A stretch of DNA of 49,217 nt, the filler included, from Streblomastix strix (taxonomy: Eukaryota), in assembly GCA_008636045.1 (NCBI GenBank). It is 3 parts of 3 records of this genome, joined end to end, with 100 filler letters (N's around TTAATTAATTAA, not from the genome) between each part and the next. Parts side by side here need not be neighbours in the genome. Positions count along the whole stretch, not along the records: positions 16,450 to 32,785 come from SNRW01000833.1; positions 32,886 to 49,217 come from SNRW01000834.1; 1 more part is not named here. One strand, given 5' to 3'. The notes under the pieces were generated by a model, which saw nothing but the letters and a program-made list of their open reading frames with translations, did no database searches and had not been told where the DNA came from. A program made the translations under genes and the position numbers. Positions 26,191 to 37,364 of the stretch are shown here, piece after piece. Within the stretch, counting starts at the first letter, position 1, and every line of letters starts with the position of its first letter.

Positions 26191-28340
26191 ATCGACTCTT
26201 GGTCGATGAGGAATGCCGCGATTTTTCTTGGTGGTAGCATGTCCTTCCTTTTCGTCATCTTCTTCCCTGGGTTCAGAATCAGAGAGCTCTCTCCAAAAAT
26301 AAAGTATCTGCTACGGCCTGTTAGTAAGTGTGTGAACCATTTTTGGCCTTGCCTACAAGATGCTTTCATGATTGACTTTGGTTTAAACTTTTCCCAAGCG
26401 ACCTGGGCTTTTCTAATCTTCGGAATTGGTGGGTGGATCCAAAAGATCTTCTACTTCCATAGTTTCGAAAATGCGTTCAGCCATTCTGCCCCTTCCTCTT
26501 CCTCTCCTATTGCCACGAATCTATCCACGAGTTTATTTTCCTCTGTTGCGAACAAGTCCAGTGTTGGTATTATTTCCCAAGCGTGGCATAGGGCTCTGAA
26601 TATCTCTTTCTTTACTGAATAATCGCCCTGGGTACTTAACCTGCTTAGTGCGTCCGTTATCTTGTTTGATACACCTGGAATATGTTGAGACTGAGTTTGT
26701 ATTCTCTGCTGTTGACATAGCTTAACTATTTTCTTCACTTCTACTGCTAGAGTTTTTCCTGCTATCTGCTTTGCTAAATCTTATACTGCTGTAGAGCTAT
26801 CTGACTTGATGAGGATCGCTTTGATTTGCAGCTCTTTAAAGATTTATCCGTAACGGAATAGTCCTAAATATATGGCTTCCATCTCCTTATTGTAACTTGT
26901 CCGCATACTGTGTTCCCTGTTCCATTCTCCATGTTGGACTAAAGTATCCCCTGTTTGTAGTTCCAGAGTCACTCCCTAGCCCTTCGGAGATGCGTCTGAT
27001 ACCATTACTGCCTCTGGAATTCTCACTTCTAGTGTCATCTCTTAATCCTTCGTTATCACTCATTATCACCATTGGAGTTCTTAGCGGATTTCCTTAGGTA
27101 GAATCATATTCTCTCTCCATTCTTTATTCTTCAATGCTCTCGTTTTTGCTGAGTCATTTAACTTTAAGTAGAAGGAAGCTTCTCTTACCTGGACTCTTAA
27201 AAAGTTTAGTTTGCCTATTATTGATGCAAGGTACTTGACCTTAATTGGGATTTGTCTCACTGTTAATCTAATAAATCTCTTTAGTTAAAAATGTAGTTCT
27301 TGTTTCCTTAGGTCTGCCATCTTTAAATACATTCTTTTCAATTCTCAAGCTCAATATAGGAAGTTAATCTGTTGTTTTGGTTCTGTTTCGTATTTCTCCT
27401 AAGCTATTGTCCACCCAAATGCTTCCTAGATTTCCATTATTATCAAGGATTATTTTCGCAATCTTTCTTTGTTCTAATGTAGGAGGAGCAGATCGTCCAC
27501 GTAATTCAAAATCCTTATGTATGACTCTCTCCGTATTTTCGTTAGGACCATTGCTAGCGCTTGTGCGAGGAAGATTGGGGATCGCTGCGTTCCAAGCGGC
27601 ATTGATCTATATTAATAAACTTTCCCCATTGCTTCGAATGCTAGGTATGGTCTATGTGTTGGATATACTATTAAGTGGTGAAAAGCTGATTTCAGATCTA
27701 GACTCGTTGCTCAATCTCCTTTCTTAATCAAATCTCCCAACTGATCTGTTCCAATTATCTCAAAATGAATCGTTTGTATCTCTTTATTCAGTGAATTCGC
27801 ATCCAGAATTTTTCCCCATTTCTAGTGAGGATTCGGGATCATGAATATTGGATTAAACCATTTAGCCTGATCTGGATGTATTTATTCTATTATATTTTCT
27901 CTTTGATTTTCCTCCAATTTCTCTGTGTATGCTATTTCCTCTTCTCTTGAGCCCAAGAACGGACAAATTCTCAGTTTCTCTTACAATCTCTTTTCGCTAT
28001 CCTCGTTCTTAAATAGAAGAAAGAACCCCTTTTGTATGAATTCTACTCCCTTTGCTTGTTTCCACATCTCTAGATAACGAATTGTTTTTCCCCCCATTCC
28101 CGTGTCTGGTTGAGGTTGTAATATTTCCTCCATTGGGGTACTAGGAAAGATTTCCAGTGTATGAATATCCTCCTTTGTTCTGTTCTGAATTCCCATAAGT
28201 TGGACCCGTCCGTGGGCTCGTACCTGGATGTCAGCGCTGCTAGTCTTCACTCTAGTTCTAGTTTGCGACAACAGAAGTATTCGTGCTTGTGGCTTTACCT
28301 CTAACAGGTGTCCTTCCTCCTTTATTCTCAATTTTGGGTT
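26172..28340 (-). pseudogene. DIRS pol ORF: reverse transcriptase + RNase H + N6-adenine methyltransferase-like domain
   Basis: RT: SLDLKSAFHHL, MPLGTQRSP, NYVDDLLL (27492-27503). RNase H: VSDAS, NKEMEA, IKSDSSTA, HIPGVSNKITDALSR. MTase-like: LDLFA...WIHPPI. In-frame TGA at 27711, 27351 and 27345. Confidence 0.9.
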
Positions 28341-31300
28341 CACGATTAGGATTTCCCTCGAGTTATGTAGAAAGTGCTGTCTAAATATTTATTGGTTTTG
28401 TTCCAGCAACTCCTACTTAGCCCGAAGCTATGCCGTCTGTTGAAGATGCTACCTTTCTTACATTTCCATTTATTGAAAAGGTCTCTCATGGTGCATGAAA
28501 AATTTATGCTGCCTCTCCTGCAATCTATTGATGTTACATTCCTTTCGGAATTGAGAATGAATTTATAAATATTCCCATAAGATCAATATTCAAAATTGAG
28601 CTTTAATTCTAGTTCGGGTAAGGTGTAGTTTAACTTTGTGGGTTTGTTTATGTTAGAGGGACTATCTTTTGCCTTCTACAGGTGGGTTATCTCGATCTCA
28701 ATTTTTTGTTTGACTGGTCTGGAGCCCTCCTTGGCGGTCCCGGATAGTTCATCTAACTAAACAGTGGTCCAAGGTGGCTGTCCAACACCTAAATATTGTA
28801 GTACCATTATGTTTATGCTTAGTTGTTTCTTTGCTTTTCTAACTCCTCTAATGTTTCCTATGCTTGTGTTTCTTGTTATTCTTGTCTAATGGTCTGATTT
28901 CTAAATATTATGAATCATTCACAAAATCTTCTTTAAATTCATCATGCTATTCAGATGTTCTACTTCTAAAGCCCCAGCCCGTGTCAATATGGATTGCGTT
29001 ATTATTCTATTCAGTTATCTTCTTTAATTTTTAGGATTCATAGAAGGATGTTAGTCTCATTTATGGTCCAAAGCCTCTTTTCACTCACTGTTATTCCTCA
29101 GGTGATAATCTGTTTAGTATTTGCATTCGCAGTCTCATAGCCTCATCTTCATTCGAGTGGCCTTAAAGTTTATTCATCATATTATCCATCATGTTTTGAA
29201 ATTTGACATTCTACTCCATCTTATTTATATATTAAATTTGTTCTCCTGTTTATACCTTAATCTCAACTTATCTTTTAGGATCTTTTGAGAGTAGCGGTAG
29301 GCGATTAACAGCTTCTTCTAATGGGATGTATTTAGATTGTTAAACATCTTTGATGAATTGATGCTTAGGGTCTGTAACAAATAGAGATTATTTCAGACTT
29401 AGTTATTAACTTTATTTAATTTGTATTAATGATGATAATGATGGCGATAGAGATAAGGATAGCTATTGTTATTATTTATTTAGAGAACCGGTCTCAGATA
29501 ATGAAGTTTAGTGAGTTAGATTAAACAATCCTGGGAAACCTTATGTAAGTTAAAATAGATTTTGTTCTGCTATATTATTCAAATCATCATTTTATCCTGT
29601 TTGTTGATGTTATAAATTGTCAGGTGATTTTGTTTAAGTTGTATGGGTTGCACCTGTTTGGGTAGGTTATTCAGCTTCGTCATTTAAATTTTCTTGTCCA
29701 TTCCTTGAAATATTCTCTATATTCTGTTGAATATTCTACTCCGAATTTGTAACATCTATCTATTGTATCTATTCATTCTATTATGTATTATTGACAATAA
29801 CATCTTGTTATTGGATCTATATTTCTCTATTCACTTCGTTAAGTTAGTTTATATATTGTTGAATTTATATATTTACTTGTTAATTTAATTATTCTTTAAT
29901 TATCATATGCAGCGAGTCATTGTTGGGCTATTTGAAAGTTCGCAAGTGGTGTATCTCTCTCGTAATTAATTGATTCTGGACTTGTCCTGGAAACGCTGCT
30001 TTCTTCATCGAGGTTGGGAGAAATATCGTTTGCTTTACGAAAAGCTTCTTCTTGAGCTGTTCGGAGACTTGACATATAAACTGGCGCTCCTGTAACTGTT
30101 TGAACTGGAGGTAAGGCCTGTTCTCATTTACTGAGAAATATCTTGAGTTATCTTAATTATTGTCTCTCAACTTCGCGATGCAGACCTACAGCCCAATATT
30201 CATTGTTTTATTTATTTTCTGAACCTTCACTTGAAATTTCTCTTTTTCTCTTCCTACTTCTTCCCAAATCTAACTAATTGTTCCTGCAGTTTCGTTCCTT
30301 ATCATGTCTATGATTGTGATCGTAATCATGATCATGGTCATGGTGATGGTGGTGGTTATCATCTTCACCCAAGTCCATTCGTTCAGTATCCAGGTATAGG
30401 TCTGTATCCACTTCTCTCCAGAATGCTTTCCAATCGTTGATTGTTAAATATTCATGTCTGGCATGTCTCTAGATGAAAGCACTCACATTCAGGAGACCTT
30501 CTCCATATCCTCTATGGTGTTACCCATTAGATCTTAGCCATATGTATCTTAATGTGTAACTTTTTTATGCTCAGAAATCTCTGTGCGCATTAAACCGTTG
30601 TTAGTTCATGTTTATCGTTAACTTTGGGGGTCTACTGGAGTTAAAGACTCTAGTCTGTTCTTTATGTTCTCTTACTGTTCCTAAATGGCTATTAGTCTTA
30701 TGAAATTTTCCTTGTCAAGGCTGTTCCAGGTGAATCTATTAGTCTTCCATAAACATATCTAGATTCTTGAACCCGGCTTTATTGTTGTGCCAGTGTCGGT
30801 TGTCTAATTGTGGGTAACTGATTATATTCTTAATTTAGTTACTCAGAATTCTAGCTCTGGAAGTTAAATTAAAATGTTGGAAGGACTGCTGAGCTTGGTG
30901 CTGGTAAGGTTAATAAATTAGATAATTAAGTTTATTACAATCCAAATGTCGGAGAACTCTACATGAACTATGGTAAGCCTTAAGTGATGCATGGCTATCT
31001 TTATAGTTATATGCTGTAGCTTGAAGAAGGTTGGGTCTATTAGAAAAAGCTTGGTTTCGGAAAACCTTAAAATTGTTGTATTCCCGGGTACATGCCAAAT
31101 CCCTGGAAGGGTTGTTGTATCTACGGTTTCGGTATAAGTTGTCCTGAGTAGAATTATTATACGATCTGTGTTGGTGTAAACGTCACCAGTGGTGGAATCT
31201 ATTATCCCAGTCCCACCATGGTTGCGGAGTATTGGCCTGCTTGCGGGTTAACTAGGTCTTGACTTCCCTGTCCTTATATCAGTCTCAGCGCGAGAAATGG

Positions 31301-31942
31301 ATGAATTGCGTGTGACATGACTTTGTCTTAGTCTGGATCAAATTATTAGGCCCCTTAAGCTCCTTCCTTCATCCGAATCAGGATATAAGCTGACCTTTCT
31401 GCGAAACGTAATAGTGCAGCACACATGCTTACTAGGTCAATCAATGTCATTTTCGTGTTCCATTCCAGTACATGTTGAATCAAAAGTATCGTAAGCTTGT
31501 ACAGCATCAGGATTTGAAACTACAAATTCTGAATGTACCCGTCTACCCGGCTGTTCGCGGCGTTGTTCAAGACTTGGTGCGGTGGTACCTTTGCGTGTCT
31601 TGTTACATCTGGTGCATGCAAAGTTCTCACCTTATAATCTCGTATCTGCGCTTGTGCGATTGGATTCGCCTAAAAATTTATTGCGAACGCGTTCCGCCCT
31701 GTTAAAAGTTCCATGAACCTAATGATGAAAAATTGTGTCTCATACATTGGCGGCGTCCTCAGAGCAGGTCCAGCGTCAGCGTCTGTCTTTGCAATCTCAT
31801 GGTCGCTCGCATATACGTAGGTATCGCTCCCGTTCGCGTCCGTGTCGTCCACTAGAGGTTAGCTCGATATCGTATTGAGACCAGCTCCATCGTGAAGGTG
31901 TGAGAACAGTGCCTGCGCATTTTAACCACTTGTTTGCGTCAT
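28340..31942 (-). pseudogene. DIRS ORF1 / gag-like region (long, degenerate)
   Basis: ATG at 31942 just inside the 5' ITR (MTQTSGQNAQALFSHL...NAANSRVDGYIQNLQFQILMLYKL). Coding-like but frameshifted through to pol. Assigned by position, not by motif. Confidence 0.55.
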
Positions 31943-31945
31943 TGT

Positions 31946-32087
31946 TCGCTTTCTTATTTTTTTAAATGGCCGACCCATATAGGGATGGGCAGCTCAACGG
32001 AACACCCAGTCCCAGTGGCTCATTTGGCAATCTCAAAATAAAGAGGTGATGCAAGAGTCTCAGACGGAGATGGACTACAATAATCTC
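31946..32087. repeat. DIRS element 5' inverted terminal repeat
   Basis: Inverted copy of 24509-24650. Confidence 0.9.
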
Positions 32088-32687
32088 CTTTAGAAGATGA
32101 TTGATTTATAGAAATTTATATTATTTTTTGTGTAATGTTCAATAAAATAGTAAAAATTTGATAAAATTAAATTATATTTAATTGAATTCATAAAAATAAT
32201 TAAATATAAATAAATTTAATCTCAAATATATATCAAATTTTATAAATATTCAACAATGCATTTTTCCAGCGCTAAATATGTTAATAATTCAAATCAAAAT
32301 TAAATATTTTTTATTTAACTAACATAATTCAAAGAAATTAGCACGCGCTTAAGTTAGACTATACAAGTCATTGCAAAAGTGAGTATTTATGAAATTTTTG
32401 ATTTCTTCTTATAAGCAAACAAAATTGATGTTTATTATGGTCTCACTTTATTAAAATAAAACTAATTTTAAAAAATATAGTAAAAATTTTCATGATGATA
32501 CTCCATACAACGCATAATTTAAATGTCGAAAATTTTGTAGAAAATCGACATCCATAACCAATAAATTGGTTATGCTGCAGACCAACATAGCTACATGCAA
32601 ACAGCTATTGTTTATTGAGTATACGACAGTGTATTCCTATGGGTTAGCCTTAAATAAATTGTATCCATAACACACGAACAAGTAGGC

Positions 32688-32785
32688 ATGGCACACCACC
32701 ATCATAATCGTCTTAACGACAACGACGACGACGAGTCAGCCAACAGTGAACCGGGCCTTCAGGTGCACGCACGAGCGCAGATTCC
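32688..32785 (+). CDS. 5' end of an unidentified ORF truncated by the contig end
   Basis: MAHHHHNRLNDNDDDESANSEPGLQVHARAQI..., GC-richer than its flank, ATG 2 nt after a TAG. Confidence 0.35.
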
Positions 32786-32885
32786 NNNNNNNNNNNNNNN
32801 NNNNNNNNNNNNNNNNNNNNNNNNNNNNNTTAATTAATTAANNNNNNNNNNNNNNNNNNNNNNNNNNNNNNNNNNNNNNNNNNNN
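32786..32885. other. Artificial contig linker (44 N + TTAATTAATTAA + 44 N)
   Basis: Same structure as 16350-16449. Confidence 0.97.
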
Positions 32886-32905
32886 AAAATATAATATTTG
32901 CACAC

Positions 32906-33912
32906 CTTTGAATTTTTCTTCAATTACAAGAAGCCTCGCTGTATCTTCATGTGTACAAACAACGCGGCCTTTTCCAAGAGAAAGAATGTTGTAATCTGAA
33001 TAATGCATAAACAAGTAGGATAATAAATTAATGTGATAAAAATAAATTAATGTGATGAAAATAAATTAATGTGATGAAAATAATAAAATGAGTTTAATAT
33101 AAAATTCATATTTTAATATAATAATAATAATTTATAAAAATCTATAGCGAGCAATTACTGTAAATACAAGCCCATATGGTAAAATTTTATCAAAATTGAG
33201 CAATATATTCATTTGAAGTTATATTTATTTCATCATTTGAATAAATTATTTTATAGAATTGAATTCCTCATCAAGACTTTCTTATTTCAAAGATTCTGTT
33301 GTTTAAATAGTTTTCCTAGGCAATTCTGGAGTTGAAATCTCTACCACTTTTTGTTTTTCTTGTGAATATCTTCTTTCTATATTATCATGATCGAAATACT
33401 CATATTTGCAATAGCTCCTTTCGAAGTTTTATAGATTGCATAAACTAAATTTTATAAATTGAACTATGAGCATGTTCATGTAAAATAAAGGTATGTTCTA
33501 ATATTTTCTAAGTTGGTTATTTTTCCTTTGAATTTTGGATCATATTGATGACTAATTTATATTAAATTAAACAAAATTTAAATAAAAATAATAATTTATA
33601 TATGTTTATTTTTAATACATACATTATGAACTCCTTCAGATAGCTAGTCTTACTTGTTTATTTTGATAAGAAGATCTGCAAAGCATTTATATTTCTAATT
33701 CCATCAGGAGATAGATTTTACTTTATTAACTTTTCATTTTTCCTATATCAGAATCGCACAATGCCTTCCTATGCCGCTCAACGAAAAATAAATATTCCAT
33801 TTATAGATTTTTAAGTAACTGAATACGAAGTGAGAATATATATGTTATTAACTGTTTCGACTTCAGAGTTCTTTCCAACGATGTAAAATTGAGTTTAGAC
33901 AAATTCCAACAT
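32906..33912 (-). pseudogene. Degenerate multi-exon coding remnant; last visible exon resembles the C-terminal part of protist arginine deiminase
   Basis: Exon 32995-32906 (CAG.../GT-bounded) reads YNILSLGKGRVVCTHEDTARLLVIEEKFKG. I found no continuous frame through the upstream exon-like blocks. Confidence 0.3.
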
Positions 33913-34244
33913 TTTAGTAAAATTATTTTAAATTTATTTTTACAATAAAATAAATAGGTTCATTGTGATGAGACTCACTCATATTAATAATACACATAAA
34001 ATAATAAATTTACAAGATTTATAAATTAAAATTTTAAATAAATATTTTTAAAAAATATTTGATGAAAAATGTGACGCATATTAGCCAATTAAATTTTAAA
34101 GATAAATTTATTAGTCGTTTTTTATATATATTATTTACAATATTAGATTCAATATAGAATATTTAATAAAAATTTTTAATTTGATTGGTTTTTTGCTTTA
34201 TAGGTATAATTTAATGCGCGAATTACATTAAATATTGATTTATT

Positions 34245-35760
34245 CCTATTCATCAGAAATTTTTGAGAACATAATAAACTCAAACATACGTTATAAAATA
34301 ATACAGAAATTAATTATTTAAATTAAATTAAAAAATTGAATTAAAAAGATAATGAACAATTTGTTATCAAATTAAAAGAAAAATGAGTGATGAAAAAGAA
34401 AAAGATAATTAAAGTGAATTTGAATAATACATATGTGGATTATAACATTCAGAAGATAATTATAAATAAAAAGAAAAATATTAAGATTAACTAAATAACT
34501 TAAATAATAACTAATCTATTTTATTTGCAGATTTTATCGAAAATATTAGGCTAAAAACTTAGACGTTAGAAAATATCATCAGATTTTTATCATTATATTT
34601 CGATATCAATTCTTGGTTTTGTTCTTTTGATTTATAGTACATTTTTCATCAATTACTATTTTATTTTCTTCAAATAATTCTTCAAATTCTTCTTTTGTTA
34701 ATACCAACTAGTAAAATAACTACAGTTCTCTTTCATGCCTTCTTTAAGTTATGAATAGCTGATAATAGTGAAAAATGGAACTTCAATATTAACTTCTGGA
34801 ATATTGTGATGATTCCAAAAATGAAAAGATATAATAAGACATTATCTGATACTTATCCGAATATTTTCAAATGCAATATTTATTCTAACAAACCTCTACA
34901 TTTCACACGTGGCGCTGTGATTCGTTAGTTGTTGATCGCTTCGTTTTCCAATTCCTTTTTGTCTTAAGGAGATTTCCTTATCTTCATGATCGCTATTTTA
35001 AATAATTTGAGATTATAACATTTCTATCATCCTCAAATACCTAACAGCTTCTGTATCAGTCTAAATTCTACTATGAATATCTACCATTGCCGTAATTATT
35101 AGAGTACATCCCTATTCATGAGATACTTTTGAGAACAAAATAAACTCAAACATACGTTATAAAATTATGCAGAAATTAATTATTTAAATTAAAATAAAAA
35201 TTTGAATTAAAAAGATAATGAATAATTTTAAATTATTCCAAAATAATTTTAAATAATTCAAATTGTAATTATACTTTTTTTGATTGGGAAAATAATTGTA
35301 ATTAAATCGATTAGGGTTGTAAAAAGAGGAAAATGGACTCCATTTCGAGTCAAATTATTACAAGCACTCCACATATCTGAAATCATTTTAGTACCCGATA
35401 AAATGCGCATCTTTATTACTTAAAAACGTATATCATAATTTCTATTAGCAATTGGTTCAAGGAACGTCTTTCTAAGTTAATTACTTCGCATTTTTCGTAC
35501 GATTCCTCCAAGCACCCATGTTTGCACTCATTATCTTCCAATTCTTTTTTATCTTAAAGATATTTCTTTATCTTCAAAATCTATATAGTAAATAAAACGT
35601 GATTATAACATTTCTATCATTCACAAGTACCTTACAGCTTCTGCATCAATTTAAATTCTACAATGTATATCAACTATAGCTCTAACTATCGGAGTATAAC
35701 CTATTATTATATGTAGCTAAATATGCGTTTCAATCTATTAGTTTTATTACTACTATGCTC
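34245..35760 (-). mobile_element. Decayed Merlin (IS1595/ISXO2-like) DDE transposase fragments in two head-to-tail units
   Basis: 35700-35330 reads ..DAEAVRYL*MIEML..GRQ*VQTWVLGGIVRK..TFLEPIANRN..ILSGTKMISDMWSAC (WV.GGI, NR, GT.I.SD.W motifs). A second copy at 35112-34700 shares the N-terminal ~55 codons. A ~110 bp repeat occurs at 34245 and 35111. Confidence 0.72.
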
Positions 35761-36329
35761 CAATTGTATTATCATCATTTTAACCAAGAAATATTACTCT
35801 ATCAATTGACTATTGATGACATTATTATCCACGTTACTTCAATTTGTAATCAATAGCCACTTCTATTTACATATTTAAATCTTTGAATTCTTCGGGTAAA
35901 TCGACGTTAATTTGGTTTTTTATTAAAATATTTAAAATTACGGCAAAAAAAATAAAAATCCTAATTATAATTATTATACTGAAGAAAATGATAGTAATAT
36001 TTCATTATTTGTTTTTATAAACTAAACTAAATTTTTTTAGTAAAATAATTTTTTAAAGAATAGGAACAATTTTTTTTTTAGAAATATTAAATTTTTAAAT
36101 TTTATAGAAAATTATTTAAAAAAATAAAATTTTTAAATAAATATTTTATATATTTTTTTAAAAAAAGCAAAAAATATTAATTAAATTTTGATAATTTCTT
36201 TTTTAAATTAATTTGGTTATTATTTATCTTCTCCTAATTTTTATTAATTTTATTATTTCTATATTAAGAAATTATTAATTATCATTAATTGTTCTTTATT
36301 ATTATAATATTTTACTTCAATTTTATATT

Positions 36330-37364
36330 TAATATTAATTAATCTTAAATATTATCATAATCATTTTCTCTAAATTAACTTTCACTACTGATATTGCATT
36401 CTTGATCACTATTATTATTTTCATCTTCTTTCATTTTCTTCTATTATTAAGATTTCTGTCTTTTAATACTTGAGTTCTTATATTTTTTTTTTTCAATCAT
36501 TTCTTTCAAACGCAATTCCCATTTCAATAGGAATTTATCACCAGTTAATGTTTGATTTTCAATCCCAAATCGTTGCTATTTTGATCTATACCATATTATT
36601 ATTTCATCCGGAAGTTGTGGCTTTTCAGGTAATCTATTTAATATTGAAATATTCCAAATGTTGATAATCCTTATAATCTGAAACCTATTTAAACAGTAGA
36701 TGAAATAAATCCAGTTGAATTTTCATTTTATAACATTTTTTTAATCGTATTTTGTCACTTTTCTCATCTTATTTTCCTACTCATCAGCTAAAATTATCTA
36801 AAAGATTCTATATTTGAACATTGGTACCTAAATCATAGTACTATCATGCTCCGGATTTTTGAATATGAATGGAAAACACTTCAATATTTTCTTTCTATAT
36901 ATAAAATTAAATATTTTAATTTATATAGATTAAATTTAATTTAAATAATAGCAAGTTTATTTAAATATTTAATTTATTTTAATAAATAGAAAGTAAGTAA
37001 ATATTCTATTATTATCTTTAACCTTATTTTCATTTCCAGATCCGCTCGCGAAGAATGTGAGTGGAATAATTATAATATCGATGAAACATTGAAAATTACT
37101 CATCTTTATTTATTGCCAATTATCTATCTTGTTCATTCATTTTTATCCTCTTTTTGAATATATTTTCGATCCTTCTTTCATAATCATTTGCAAAAGATGT
37201 TACTATTGGTTTTCTACGACGTTCGCTCACAGAAGATGATCGTTATTTTATAATTACATTTGCTTAATATAATTTCCTGTTGTAAATTTAAATATAAAAA
37301 TTGCTATCCTCATGAATAACGAATGATTACGTCGATAAGATGCCTGAAGCCTTTGCATCGCTCA
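36330..37364 (-). pseudogene. Degenerate hypothetical coding region
   Basis: ATG at 37364 and one clear intron (~37022-36895), but the frames are broken by TGA/frameshifts; no recognisable domain. Confidence 0.25.

Larger units (their letters stand above)
24509..32102 (-). mobile_element. DIRS1-type tyrosine-recombinase retrotransposon, full structure, degenerate
   Basis: Imperfect inverted terminal repeats, an internal complementary region, and minus-strand gag-like, RT (YVDD), RNase H, adenine-MTase-like and tyrosine recombinase domains in DIRS order. Several TGA stops and frameshifts. Confidence 0.92.

Noticed and set aside
27345..27713. TGA at expected Trp positions in RT (three sites) and in the hAT fragment, suggesting TGA=Trp or readthrough
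   Set aside because: Host genes use TGA as stop, other expected Trp sites have become TAG, and the elements also carry frameshifts. TGG->TGA decay is the simpler explanation.
33021..33083. 19-bp unit x3 (aataaattaatgtgat.aa), and similar AT-rich minisatellites at ~3500-3590 and ~14990-15055
   Set aside because: Ordinary slippage repeats inside introns.
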